DNA of 64,000 nucleotides from Oscillospiraceae bacterium (GCA_015065425.1 SVQH01000007.1:39038-103037), one strand, 5' to 3'; positions 1 to 9,291 are shown, counted from the stretch's first letter. Notes: generated by a model from the sequence alone, not told the origin. Numbers and translations: made by a program.

Positions 1-423
1 TATCCCAACGAAGAGTATACCGATGCCGTAAAACGCCTTCACGAAAAGGGAATATATGTAATAAGCCATATAATAATCGGTCTTCCCGGTGAGAGTACAG
101 AGGATATACGGGGTACACTGCAGTTTGTAATCGACAACAAAAGTGACGGGGTGAAGCTTCAACTGCTTCATGTACTGAAGGACAGTGACCTTTATAATGA
201 GTATGTGAACGGAAAGGTAAGGACTCTTACAAAGGAGGAATATCTGAATATCCTGGGAGAGCTTCTTCCCATGATTCCCGAAAATATGGCGGTTCACAGG
301 CTTACCGGAGACGGAAATAAAAAGACCTTGGTCTCTCCCTTATGGAGTGCCGATAAAAAGGATGTTCTCAACAGCATAAATGCCCTTGTAAGCAGTATCA
401 ATAGGGACGGAAAGAGAAAATGA
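1..423 (+). CDS. TIGR01212-like radical SAM protein, C-terminal part (5' end lies outside the window)
   Basis: Frame 1 is open from base 1 through the listed ORF 151..423. The sequence IIIGLPGES...GVKLQLLHVLK...VHRLTGDG is typical of the C-terminal half of this radical SAM family. Confidence 0.65.
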   Translation, partial: YPNEEYTDAVKRLHEKGIYVISHIIIGLPGESTEDIRGTLQFVIDNKSDGVKLQLLHVLKDSDLYNEYVNGKVRTLTKEEYLNILGELLPMIPENMAVHRLTGDGNKKTLVSPLWSADKKDVLNSINALVSSINRDGKRK

Positions 424-932
424 AAGAAAAATATATATTCAGAAAAATAAGGCAGGAAGAAATTCCCGTTATGTTCGATATTATAATCGGCAGGATGAAA
501 TGGATGGACCGAGTGGGCATAAAACAGTGGAATGTGACAAAATATGACGAGGTATATCCTGTGTCTTATTACGAAGAAAAAAGAAAAAACGGAGAGGTTT
601 TTGTCCTTGAAGAAATTGCTACAGGGGACATATCGGCTGCTGCTGTGCTTAAAAGCGAAGATGAACGCTGGGACGGTGTGCCGGATGCCGGGAATACAAG
701 TGCTTTTTATCTTCATAATTTTGCCGTCCCTCCCGACAAAAAAGGTACCGGTGCAGTATTTCTTCAGCTTGCGGAAGAATATGCAAAATTACAGGGGAAA
801 GAATATTTCCGTCTTGATTCAGCTGATGACAACAAAAAACTTGAAGAATATTATACCGAAAAAGGCTATGTAGCTGCAGGATATTGCATTGACGGCCTTT
901 ACACCGGAATACTCAGACAGAAAAAACTGTAG
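420..932 (+). CDS. GNAT family N-acetyltransferase
   Basis: 170-aa ORF whose start overlaps the upstream stop (ATGA). It has an acetyl-CoA binding-type motif, HNFAVPPDKKGTGAVFLQLAEEYA. Confidence 0.75.
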   Translation: MKEKYIFRKIRQEEIPVMFDIIIGRMKWMDRVGIKQWNVTKYDEVYPVSYYEEKRKNGEVFVLEEIATGDISAAAVLKSEDERWDGVPDAGNTSAFYLHNFAVPPDKKGTGAVFLQLAEEYAKLQGKEYFRLDSADDNKKLEEYYTEKGYVAAGYCIDGLYTGILRQKKL

Positions 933-1008
933 ATAATATGTTGAATATACAGAAAAACGACCCTTGTTCCGTAAAAAACGATACAAGAGTCGTTATATTT
1001 TTTTCCTG

Positions 1009-1539
1009 TTATTTCCAGAGTTTTCCGTTGCCGTATTTTACTTTGAACTGGGCAAAATTCTTTTCGTAAACCTTTGCTTTGAATTCAGTTTCCGAAGAGA
1101 GTTTTTCCGTATCTATATCCTCGGAAGTTTTGATGTAAAGAGATATCATCATTTCGTCAGAAGCATCTTTTGTAAATGACGAGGGTTCATCGAGAAAAAC
1201 TTTATAATCTTCCGCAAAAGAAAGTATTTCCTCATTTTTTACGGTAAACTCTTCAATGAGATATTCGTAAGGGGATGCCCAGCCGCTGTGAGCGGTTATA
1301 CTATAATCTATTCTTTTCCAATCGTCAGCCGATTCGCCTGAGGATGAAATAAATTCGTCATCACTTTCAATTACCGTTTCTTTTACATCATCAGTAACAA
1401 GAACAGGCGGAAGGAATGCATGAACGGCAAAATTTATGGGGAACGCGAAAAGCAATGCCATCAGAAACACATAAGCAACGGCACTTGCCGATTTAAGCAG
1501 AGTTACAAGGATTTTTTCAAACACACTAAAACACCTCAT
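1009..1539 (-). CDS. hypothetical membrane-anchored protein
   Basis: ORF 1009..1596, with the start placed at the internal ATG (MRCFSVFEKILVTLL...). It has one N-terminal TM segment and an acidic C-terminal domain. No clear RBS, so the start is uncertain. Confidence 0.45.
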   Translation of the reverse strand: MRCFSVFEKILVTLLKSASAVAYVFLMALLFAFPINFAVHAFLPPVLVTDDVKETVIESDDEFISSSGESADDWKRIDYSITAHSGWASPYEYLIEEFTVKNEEILSFAEDYKVFLDEPSSFTKDASDEMMISLYIKTSEDIDTEKLSSETEFKAKVYEKNFAQFKVKYGNGKLWK

Positions 1540-1636
1540 TATATATATACCATAAAATTTATATGTAGTCAAGTTAGTGGTTGAAATCAGCGGCAAATTA
1601 AACTATAATGAGATAAAGTATATTCCGGAGGCAAAA

Positions 1637-2611
1637 ATGAAAAAAGTCATATCCGTATTTTTGGTTTTTATATTAACGGCACTGTGCTTTTCATCCTGTA
1701 AAGGCAGTGAAACGGAGGGAAGTCCTCTTACTGTAAATGGTACACCCATAGACGCAGAAATATTCAGGTATTATCTTGATACTGTCTGGGGGGATGCTCT
1801 CACGGGCGGCAGTAAGGACGGGAGAATAACTGAGGCTACCTACAGATGCATAAGATATGTTGCGGTAAATTCCACTTTTACTGCATACGGTCTTTCTCTT
1901 TCAGAAGGTGAAAAAGCTGAACTTTCTGATGAAACGGCAGCCTTGTGGAATCTTTATGAAGAGCATTATAAAAGTATCGGTGTCAGTAAAGAAACCTTCC
2001 ATAAAATCAGAACAAGTGAAGAATATATAGAAAAACTCAGACTTTTTTTCTTTGATAAGGGAGGAACTGATGAAATATCTGATGCTGTTCTCAGAGGAGT
2101 GCTTGCCGAAAAGTATGTTGCATTCAGATATGTCCGTACACCGCTTACGGATACGGATGTATACGGAAATGCAGTGCCTCTGTCTGAGAATGACATAACA
2201 AGGCTCAATGTGCTTTATAATTCAGGTGTGTCTTCCTCCAATTCCTCTTACGGTGTTGACAGTGCATTCATCAGCATATCGGAAGAATTCCCTCTTACCG
2301 AGCAGAGTTTTGAAACTCTTGCCATAAAAGAAGATGACCACAGGTTTTCATCATTATTTTTTAATAAAGTAAAAGAAATAAGTGAGGGAAAGGCTTCCGT
2401 ATTTCAATATAATGACTATGTTTATCTTGTTTACAGGGTAAATATTCTTACAGATCCCGTTATTTTTTCTGAAATGAGAAGCGAATGTCTTGTTGATATC
2501 AGTGAAGAACCTCTGCAGTCAAAAATCAATATTATGTGTAACGCTTATCAGTCCGTAAGAGACCCCGGACTTGTCAGCGAGTATTATACAAAGGTGGCGA
2601 ACAACAGATGA
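1637..2611 (+). CDS. putative lipoprotein of unknown function
   Basis: The internal ATG at 1637 is preceded by GGAGG. The signal peptide MKKVISVFLVFILTALCFSSC carries a lipobox cysteine. Confidence 0.6.
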   Translation: MKKVISVFLVFILTALCFSSCKGSETEGSPLTVNGTPIDAEIFRYYLDTVWGDALTGGSKDGRITEATYRCIRYVAVNSTFTAYGLSLSEGEKAELSDETAALWNLYEEHYKSIGVSKETFHKIRTSEEYIEKLRLFFFDKGGTDEISDAVLRGVLAEKYVAFRYVRTPLTDTDVYGNAVPLSENDITRLNVLYNSGVSSSNSSYGVDSAFISISEEFPLTEQSFETLAIKEDDHRFSSLFFNKVKEISEGKASVFQYNDYVYLVYRVNILTDPVIFSEMRSECLVDISEEPLQSKINIMCNAYQSVRDPGLVSEYYTKVANNR

Positions 2612-3174
2612 TGTGTAATAATGAAGTTATAAAGGCAATTCTTGAAAGAAGAACCATACGTTCATTTGCTCCCGATGCACTTGATAGGGAAACGCTTCAG
2701 CTCTTACTCGACTGTGCCATGTGGGCACCCAGCGGAAGAAATTCACAGCCATGTCATGTAAGAGTGCTTACCGACAAAAGAGTACTTGACGAGCTCAATA
2801 CGGATTTTAAGAACAAAGTGGGATGGGATACACCTGCTTACACCCGTTGGGATGTGAATCCCGTTTATCAGGGTGCCCCCGCAATGTTTTTTATCTATGC
2901 CGAGACAAAGGATGATATGAACTCAGGAATTATGGTGGAAAATATTGCCATTGCTGCACAGGGAATGGGACTTGGTTCCTGTATAATAGGAAGTATAGGT
3001 GCACTTCTTGATGCCCCTGAAGGCGATAAGTGGAAAAAGATATTTGACATCCCTGAAGATTTCCGTTTTGTGATTTCAATAGCAGTCGGAAAAAAGGCTG
3101 AAGAGCCTGAAGCAAAAGAGAGACACCCGGAAAACTTCAGAATCATAGAGGTGACTGACCATGAATCCATTTAA
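2608..3174 (+). CDS. nitroreductase family protein
   Basis: 188 aa with RRTIRSF...APSGRNSQP, the N-terminal signature of FMN nitroreductases. Its start overlaps the upstream stop. Confidence 0.8.
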   Translation: MMCNNEVIKAILERRTIRSFAPDALDRETLQLLLDCAMWAPSGRNSQPCHVRVLTDKRVLDELNTDFKNKVGWDTPAYTRWDVNPVYQGAPAMFFIYAETKDDMNSGIMVENIAIAAQGMGLGSCIIGSIGALLDAPEGDKWKKIFDIPEDFRFVISIAVGKKAEEPEAKERHPENFRIIEVTDHESI

Positions 3175-4519
3175 GTTTTATCTGATAACAGATACCCATT
3201 ATTTTGCATCAAAGCTCGGCTGTCACGGCAAAGAATATGATAATTTTATGCAGTTTGAACAGAAATGCTTTGCTGAGACAGAAGCCATCAATAAAGCTGC
3301 TTTTAAATGGCTTGGAGATTCAACCGACGCGGATACTGTGCTTATTGCAGGGGATCTCAGCTTCAACGGCGAAAAGGAAAGCCACTTTGAATTTATCGAA
3401 TTGTTGAAAAAGCTTAAAGGCCGAGGAAAGAGAATTTATGTCATTACGGCGGGACACGATTGTAATGAGCATCCCTTTGCCTTTGATGATACGGGAAGGC
3501 TTGAACCCGAAGGAACAAAAAGAGAAGAGCTTTTTGAGCTTTATTATGAATTCGGTTTTTCGGATGCCATTTCCGTGCACAGAGACTCTCTTTCTTATGT
3601 TGCACAGCTCTCTGACGGTATAAGGCTTCTTGCACTTAATAACGACGGAGACAAGGTCAATAAAAAAACATATACTGCCTCACAGATAGAGTGGATATTG
3701 CAGCAGACAAAAAAAGCAAGAGAAGACGGACAGATGATGTTTTGTATGAACCATTATCCTCTTCTGCCTGCCTGCCCCATATTCGGACTTGTAGGAGATG
3801 CAGTGATGCCCAATGCGGATAATATCACTTCCATGCTTGCTGATGAAGGTGTACATCTTGCTTTTACGGGTCACATGCACAATCAGAGCATAAAAATGAA
3901 GCTTTCGGACAAGGGGAACCGTTTCTGGGACGTATGCACAGGTTCCCTCATAGGTTGTCCTGCATATATGAGACTTGTGGAAATTCAGAGTAAATCCACC
4001 GTAAAAATAGAATCCATCTCTGTTCCCGATTTCGAGTGGGATATGGAGGGACTTACCACTGAAGAATATTTCAGAAGACAGTTTGACATGATGATAAATA
4101 CATATCTTGACTGTATGGCTGATGACCCTGAAAGACTTATGCGAAAACTCAGGCTTCCCGAAAATCCCATGCTTAAAAAAGTTCTTGAATTCTTTGGTGC
4201 TTCTCTTAATACGGCAACAGTAGGCTCTGCTTGTAAGAAGTTGTTTGTTAGATGTGATGAAAGTATAATGGACAGATCTCTCAGGGATTTTCTTACGGAG
4301 ATAGTAAGAAATGTATTTGCGGGTAATGCACCTTATGTATACGGTACTCCCGAATATGATGCTTTTATGGGAATTCTCGGCAGATTTGACCCCATTCTCG
4401 CTGTTGCGGGAAATGCCGTTAAAATCAACGGAAAAAAGGCAGATATCAAGGATATGCTCAAAAACTGCATCGGTCACTATGGCGTAGATGAATATAATGC
4501 AACCCTTATTCTTGAATAA
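3161..4519 (+). CDS. metallophosphoesterase family protein
   Basis: Calcineurin-like phosphoesterase motifs are present in order: ITDTHY, GDLSFNG, GHDCNE, NHYP, GHMH. Confidence 0.75.
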   Translation: MNPFKFYLITDTHYFASKLGCHGKEYDNFMQFEQKCFAETEAINKAAFKWLGDSTDADTVLIAGDLSFNGEKESHFEFIELLKKLKGRGKRIYVITAGHDCNEHPFAFDDTGRLEPEGTKREELFELYYEFGFSDAISVHRDSLSYVAQLSDGIRLLALNNDGDKVNKKTYTASQIEWILQQTKKAREDGQMMFCMNHYPLLPACPIFGLVGDAVMPNADNITSMLADEGVHLAFTGHMHNQSIKMKLSDKGNRFWDVCTGSLIGCPAYMRLVEIQSKSTVKIESISVPDFEWDMEGLTTEEYFRRQFDMMINTYLDCMADDPERLMRKLRLPENPMLKKVLEFFGASLNTATVGSACKKLFVRCDESIMDRSLRDFLTEIVRNVFAGNAPYVYGTPEYDAFMGILGRFDPILAVAGNAVKINGKKADIKDMLKNCIGHYGVDEYNATLILE

Positions 4520-4585
4520 GCTTCGCTGAAGTAAAAAAGGCAGTTTTTCCCGGCAGTTATATTCGTCAGAGTAAAACAAAAAATA

Positions 4586-4628
4586 CAGGCTTAAGTCTAC
4601 TTTTATCGTATAAGTAGATTTAAGCCTG
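4586..4628. terminator. bidirectional rho-independent terminator between convergent genes
   Basis: 17-bp inverted repeat caggcttaagtctactt / aagtagatttaagcctg with one G-U pair, an A-run upstream and a T-run downstream. Confidence 0.7.
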
Positions 4629-4659
4629 CTGTTTTTATGTTTTTTGCTTTCTTGTAAGA

Positions 4660-5640
4660 TTATTCTTCAATGGGGGTATATCCTTCGGGAACATTTATAT
4701 CAAGAAGTGATGTTCTTTCGGGGACATATTTCTTGAAATACTCATCGGCATATCTGATTTCCATTTCACCGGGGTTATTTCCTTCTTTTAATATTTCATA
4801 AGCCATGAGACCTGCTTCATATCCGAGGTCATAATAATCTATACCTACGGTAGCAATTCCGCAACCGACGGCAACATCTATATTTCCTGCAACAAGCGGG
4901 ATTTTTGCAGGTTCAAGGATGTTATTTATTGCATTTGTGTTAGATGCTACGGTGTTATCGGTGGGGGTGTAGATAATATCGCATTCATCGGCGGCCTTCT
5001 GTGTGACAAGGGTTACATCCGTGGTGTCAACAAAGGTGTAGTTTTCGCAGGTGAAGCCTGAAGCAATGAGATGCTTTGTTATTTCATCAGCCTGATATTT
5101 TGAATTTGTCTCACTGGAGCAGTAAAGAATTCCGACCTTGCCCTTTTCGGGGAAAAGCTCATTTATTACCTCTGCCTGCTTTTCAAGAGGAAGTATATCC
5201 GAGCATCCGGTTACGTTAAATCCTGTTTTTCCCGTAAAATCGGTAATGCCGAGAGTGGAAGCGAAATCCGTTACCGAACAGCCGACTATGGGAATTTCGG
5301 AGGTTGCTTCTGCCGCAGCGGAGAGTGCATTGGTGGAATTTGCAAAGATAAGGTCATATTTATCGGCAGCAAAGGCGGAACAGATGCTTTGAGCATTCAT
5401 TTTTTCGCCTGTGGCATTCTTGTAATCAAAGGTTACTTCTTCACCGAGTTTTTCCGTGAGGGCTGCTTTGAAGCCACTTGTTGCTTTATCTACAGCTTCA
5501 TGCTCAATAAACTGACATATACCTATTTTATACTGTGATGTCTCACCTGTGCCGCCGGTATTACCGCAGGAGGTAAAACATACAAGGAGTACACAGAGGG
5601 AAATAAGTAATGCCGCAGTATTTTTTACAGAAAATTTCAT
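4660..5640 (-). CDS. ABC transporter substrate-binding lipoprotein (BMP/uncharacterised ABC_sub_bind type), orphan
   Basis: The start at MKFSVKNTAALLISLCVLLVCFTSC has AAGGAG upstream and a lipobox. The fold resembles a periplasmic binding protein. No permease or ATPase gene is adjacent. Confidence 0.65.
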   Translation of the reverse strand: MKFSVKNTAALLISLCVLLVCFTSCGNTGGTGETSQYKIGICQFIEHEAVDKATSGFKAALTEKLGEEVTFDYKNATGEKMNAQSICSAFAADKYDLIFANSTNALSAAAEATSEIPIVGCSVTDFASTLGITDFTGKTGFNVTGCSDILPLEKQAEVINELFPEKGKVGILYCSSETNSKYQADEITKHLIASGFTCENYTFVDTTDVTLVTQKAADECDIIYTPTDNTVASNTNAINNILEPAKIPLVAGNIDVAVGCGIATVGIDYYDLGYEAGLMAYEILKEGNNPGEMEIRYADEYFKKYVPERTSLLDINVPEGYTPIEE

Positions 5641-5942
5641 TGTTTTTTTCTCCTTACCGTTTATATGTTTAGAATACACTTATTTTTTTTCTTTGTCAAT
5701 CACTCTTGAAAAGTGCATTGAAATTATTGTTGTGCTTTGTAATATAATGAAAATAATATAGTATATTTGTATTTATATAGCGAAAAGGAAAAAAACTGCC
5801 TGAAGAAGGTCGTTTGTGCAAATTGGTTACAAAAGTGCTGTAATCTTTGTAATATTTGCTGTTAAACTGCATAGTTTTTCGAAAAAACAGGAATTAAAAT
5901 CCAATACAATTAACAAAGTTTATGACAATTATTACAAAACAC

Positions 5943-5971
5943 TTGCTTTTTTTTACAATGAGTGGTATAGT
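5943..5971 (+). promoter_or_regulatory. candidate sigma-A promoter for the repeat lipoprotein gene
   Basis: TTGCTT, 17-nt spacer, TATAGT, with an extended -10 TG (tggTATAGT). It lies about 55 nt upstream of the ATG at 6026. Confidence 0.4.
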
Positions 5972-6025
5972 TCCACTTGTGTTCAGACACAAAACATATC
6001 AAAAAAACATTTGGAGGAATTAACT

Positions 6026-6286
6026 ATGAAAAAGTTATTCGCTGTTCTTTTAACTCTCGTTCTCGTTGTTGGCGCTTTCGCTGCTTGCGGTGGTAACGAA
6101 GAAACAACAGCTGCTGACGAAACAACAACAGCTGCTGCTGATGAAACAACAGAAGCTGCTGCTGATGAAACAACAGAAGCTGCTGCTGACGAGACAACAG
6201 AAGCTGCTGCTGATGAAACAACAGAAGCTGTTGCTGACGAAACAACAGAAGCTGCTGCTGACGAAACAACAGAAGCTGCTGCTTAA
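6026..6286 (+). CDS. small lipoprotein made of a signal peptide plus (EAAADETT)n low-complexity repeats
   Basis: GGAGG is followed 7 nt later by ATG. The product is MKKLFAVLLTLVLVVGAFAAC (lipobox) followed only by repeats. A terminator follows the gene. Confidence 0.6.
   Translation: MKKLFAVLLTLVLVVGAFAACGGNEETTAADETTTAAADETTEAAADETTEAAADETTEAAADETTEAVADETTEAAADETTEAAA
6110..6283 (+). repeat. 24-bp in-frame tandem repeat (gctgctgctgatgaaacaacagaa), 6 full copies plus partial ends
   Basis: Counted directly: units begin at 6131, 6155, 6179, 6203, 6227 and 6251, and differ by only a few synonymous or single substitutions. Confidence 0.95.
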
Positions 6287-6310
6287 TCGCAGTCTGAAAA
6301 ACAAACAACT

Positions 6311-6341
6311 GTGCGGAGGGAAACTTCCGCACTTTGTTTTT
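6311..6341 (+). terminator. rho-independent terminator
   Basis: Hairpin gtgcggag-ggaaa-cttccgcac followed by tttgttttt. Confidence 0.65.
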
Positions 6342-6527
6342 ATCAGGCGTTTTTATGAATGCATATCTTGTGAATGTTTATACGCATAAATTGTATATTT
6401 AAGGTATGCCAAGTTTGTATCGTGAATATTTATTAAAAGTTGTATAACATTATGCATAAAAGAAGGCTCTGCCATGGTTATGTGCAGGGTATTTTTCACA
6501 AAGTTGCAAATATTTATGCAAAAATAC

Positions 6528-6556
6528 TTGCATTTTATTTCTTATGGTGGTATATT
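6528..6556 (+). promoter_or_regulatory. candidate sigma-A promoter of the amino-acid ABC operon
   Basis: TTGCAT, 17-nt spacer, TATATT, about 40 nt upstream of the ATG at 6596. Confidence 0.5.
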
Positions 6557-6595
6557 TTACCACGCAAATAAAAAATTTTATCGGAGGAACAAACA

Positions 6596-7456
6596 ATGAA
6601 AAAAATTATTGCAGTTCTCGCTGCTCTCGTTCTCGTAATCGGCTGTTTTGCTGCTTGCGGCGGTGCAGGAGAAGAAACAACAGCAGGTACAGATGAAACA
6701 ACAACAGGTGCAGCAGATTCCCTTACTGCTACCGACGGCGTTCTTGTAATGGCTACAAACGCAGCATTCCCTCCCTATGAGTACAAGGAAGGCGATGATT
6801 TTGCAGGTATCGACGTTGAAATCGCAGGCAAAATTGCTGAAAAGCTCGGTCTTACTCTTGAAATCAAGGACGTTGAATTCGGCTCTATCGTAGGCGGCGT
6901 TCAGACAGGTAAGTTCGACATGGGTATGGCTGGTATGACCGTTACCGATGAAAGACTTGAAAGTGTTAATTTCTCAACCTCCTATGCTACAGGTATTCAG
7001 GTTGTTATCGTTGCTGAAGATTCCGCTATTGCTTCTCTTGATGACCTCAAGGGTGACGGAACAATGACATTCGGTGTTCAGCAGGATACAACAGGTGATA
7101 TCTATGCTTCCGATACCGTTGAAAAAGGCGGATACGGTGCAGAAAATGTAGTTCGTTATAAGACTGGTGCAGATGCTGTTCAGGCTCTTAAGACAGGTAA
7201 GGTTGACGCTGTTATCATTGACAACGAACCCGCAAAGAGCTTCGTAGCTGCCAATGAAGGTCTTAAGATCCTTGACGGTGAATGGACACTTGAAAACTAT
7301 GCTATTGCTATTAATAAGGAAAACACAGCTCTTCTTAACGCTGTTAATAATGCTCTTGCAGAACTCACCGCTGACGGCACTGTAGCTTCCATTATTGACA
7401 AATACATTCCTGCAGCAGATGATACAGCAGAAGAAACAACAGAAGCAGCTGCATAA
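6596..7456 (+). CDS. polar amino acid ABC transporter substrate-binding lipoprotein (family 3 SBP)
   Basis: Lipobox VIGCFAAC. The body reads PPYEY...GIDVEIA...FDMGMAGMTVTDER...IIDNEPA. Acidic ETT-rich linkers sit at both termini. Confidence 0.85.
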   Translation: MKKIIAVLAALVLVIGCFAACGGAGEETTAGTDETTTGAADSLTATDGVLVMATNAAFPPYEYKEGDDFAGIDVEIAGKIAEKLGLTLEIKDVEFGSIVGGVQTGKFDMGMAGMTVTDERLESVNFSTSYATGIQVVIVAEDSAIASLDDLKGDGTMTFGVQQDTTGDIYASDTVEKGGYGAENVVRYKTGADAVQALKTGKVDAVIIDNEPAKSFVAANEGLKILDGEWTLENYAIAINKENTALLNAVNNALAELTADGTVASIIDKYIPAADDTAEETTEAAA

Positions 7457-7490
7457 GTAAAATCGTATTAAATTTTTAGTTTACGGATCC

Positions 7491-7520
7491 GAGGACGGAA
7501 TCAACCCCGTCCTCTTTTCT
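7491..7520 (+). terminator. intra-operon hairpin/partial terminator between the SBP and permease genes
   Basis: gaggacgg-aatcaacc-ccgtcctc followed by tttt. Confidence 0.5.
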
Positions 7521-7544
7521 TTAGCTTTTAAGGAGGGCTGAAAT

Positions 7545-8288
7545 TTGGATGCTCTGATGTCATGGTTACTTGATCTGAAAGACACATTTGTCCTGTGTTT
7601 TATTGACGGAGACAGATGGAAGTGGCTTGTGGAAGGCTTTCGTAATTCAATAGTAATTACGGTATTTGCTATTGTTATCGGACTTTTTTTCGGAGTGATA
7701 CTTGCAGCTGTACGTTCATCTTATGATAAGAATGCGGAATCTCTTAAAATGCGTGGCGGAATAGGTTACTGGTCACTCAGAATTGTTAATTTTCTTGCAA
7801 AAGTGTACATAACTGTCATACGCGGTATTCCTGTCGTAGTTCAGCTTATGATATGGTATTTTGTTATTCTTGTTTCACAGAAGAATGACGTTCTAATTGC
7901 AATTATCGGTTTCGGATTCAACTCTTCCGCTTATGTTGCCGAAATTTTCCGCGGTGGTATAATGTCTGTAGACAACGGACAGTTTGAAGCGGGACGTTCC
8001 CTGGGCTTTAATTATATACAGACAATGAAGAATATAATTATTCCGCAGGCTGTAAAATCTTCTCTTCCCACCCTTCTCAATGAAGTTATTGCTCTCCTTA
8101 AAGAGACATCTGTTGCAGGTTATGTAGGTATCATGGATCTTACAAAAGCAGGTGACCTTATTAGAGGCAGAGTCTTTGAAGCATTTATGCCCCTTATTGC
8201 AGTTGCGATAATATATCTTGTGACTGTTGTGGTGCTTACAAATGTATTTACTGCAATTGAAAGGAGGCTTCGCCGTAATGAACGCTGA
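7545..8288 (+). CDS. amino acid ABC transporter permease (His/Glu/Gln/Arg/opine type)
   Basis: TTG start 7 nt after AGGAGGG. It is a multi-TM protein with the EAA-like loop [26 protein letters not shown]. Confidence 0.85.
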   Translation: MDALMSWLLDLKDTFVLCFIDGDRWKWLVEGFRNSIVITVFAIVIGLFFGVILAAVRSSYDKNAESLKMRGGIGYWSLRIVNFLAKVYITVIRGIPVVVQLMIWYFVILVSQKNDVLIAIIGFGFNSSAYVAEIFRGGIMSVDNGQFEAGRSLGFNYIQTMKNIIIPQAVKSSLPTLLNEVIALLKETSVAGYVGIMDLTKAGDLIRGRVFEAFMPLIAVAIIYLVTVVVLTNVFTAIERRLRRNER

Positions 8289-9021
8289 TAATATTATTCA
8301 GGTACAAGGGCTTAAAAAGCATTATTTCGGCGGGAAGGTCAAGGCTCTTGACGGTGTGGATGTTGATATAAGAAGAGGAGAAGTTGTTGTTATCATCGGT
8401 CCGTCCGGAAGCGGTAAGTCAACACTTCTGCGTTCACTCAATCTGCTTGAGCTTCCTACTGCAGGAAAAATACTTTTCAATAATGTTGATATTACCAATA
8501 AAAAGGTGAATATAAATGTTCACAGACAGAAGATGGGAATGGTTTTCCAGCATTTCAATCTTTTCAATAATATGAATATATTGAAGAATATGACCATCGC
8601 TCCCGTTCAGCTTCTTCATAAGAGTAAAGCTGAAGCAAGGGAAAAAGCAATGTCACTTCTTAAGAAGGTTGGACTTGATGACAGAGCAGGTGCATATCCT
8701 TCACAGCTTTCAGGCGGTCAGAAGCAGAGAGTTGCCATTGTCCGTGCACTTTGTATGGAGCCCGAAGTAATGCTTTTCGACGAGCCAACATCCGCACTTG
8801 ACCCCGAAATGGTCGGAGAGGTTCTTGATGTTATGAAATCTCTTGCAAAAGACGGAATGACCATGGTTGTGGTAACGCATGAAATGGGCTTTGCAAAAGA
8901 AGTTGCAGACAGAGTTATCTTTATGGACGAAGGAAAAATTGTAGAGACAGGCAGTCCCGAAGAAATATTTTCATCACCGAAAAGTGCCAGACTCAAGGAT
9001 TTCCTTTCCAAAGTACTTTAA
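8278..9021 (+). CDS. amino acid ABC transporter ATP-binding protein
   Basis: Start at the internal ATG after AAAGGAGG. Walker [10 protein letters not shown], signature LSGGQKQR and Walker [12 protein letters not shown] are all present. Confidence 0.9.
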   Translation: MNADNIIQVQGLKKHYFGGKVKALDGVDVDIRRGEVVVIIGPSGSGKSTLLRSLNLLELPTAGKILFNNVDITNKKVNINVHRQKMGMVFQHFNLFNNMNILKNMTIAPVQLLHKSKAEAREKAMSLLKKVGLDDRAGAYPSQLSGGQKQRVAIVRALCMEPEVMLFDEPTSALDPEMVGEVLDVMKSLAKDGMTMVVVTHEMGFAKEVADRVIFMDEGKIVETGSPEEIFSSPKSARLKDFLSKVL

Positions 9022-9030
9022 TAATATCGG

Positions 9031-9066
9031 AACGGAGTTTTCTTTTTTCGGAAGCTCCGTTTTTTT
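9031..9066 (+). terminator. rho-independent terminator of the amino-acid ABC operon
   Basis: About a 12-bp stem (aacggagttttc / gaagctccgtt, with G-U pairs) followed by tttttt. Confidence 0.7.
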
Positions 9067-9184
9067 AGTCTGAAACATTTTTTTAACAATACAGTGATAA
9101 AATACATATATAATATACTACATTGCAAAAATAATAATGTGGATTTATATGAAATATTACACAATTGTGTTATTTATGTAAATT

Positions 9185-9213
9185 TTGAAGTCCATAAAAC
9201 TTAAATTTAAAAT
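9185..9213 (+). promoter_or_regulatory. candidate sigma-A promoter of mini-protein array A
   Basis: TTGAAG, 17-nt spacer, TAAAAT, inside a 270-nt AT-rich non-coding gap. It lies about 79 nt upstream of the first ATG. Confidence 0.4.
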
Positions 9214-9291
9214 TTCTCTTGTGTTGTTTTTTTGATTATGATATGATGATACTGAATTAATACCCAATTTTTGAAAGGAAGGTGCTAATAA

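Noticed and set aside
3680-4579. Long antisense ORFs inside well-supported genes (for example 3680..4579 -, 13071..13943 -, 16606..17172 -, 17312..18088 -, 24021..24998 -, 28166..29086 -, 36933..37595 -, 59434..60261 -, 58442..58909 +)
   Set aside because: Each lies opposite a gene with strong family motifs. They lack RBSs and have the Ser/Phe/Cys/Ile-rich composition typical of shadow frames.
6110-6283. Possible CRISPR array because of regularly spaced identical 24-bp units
   Set aside because: The units are directly abutting with no spacers. They are in frame within a lipoprotein ORF, and no cas genes are present.
6024-6389. Three additional ORFs (6024..6332 -, 6050..6304 -, 6066..6389 +) over the 24-bp repeat, and the long upstream extension 5816..6286
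   Set aside because: - They are open only because the in-frame tandem repeat lacks stops in several frames, and their products are monotonous (QQQLLLF or SSSFCCF).
- None has an RBS.
- The extension 5816-6025 is AT-rich promoter DNA upstream of a clear GGAGG-ATG start at 6026.
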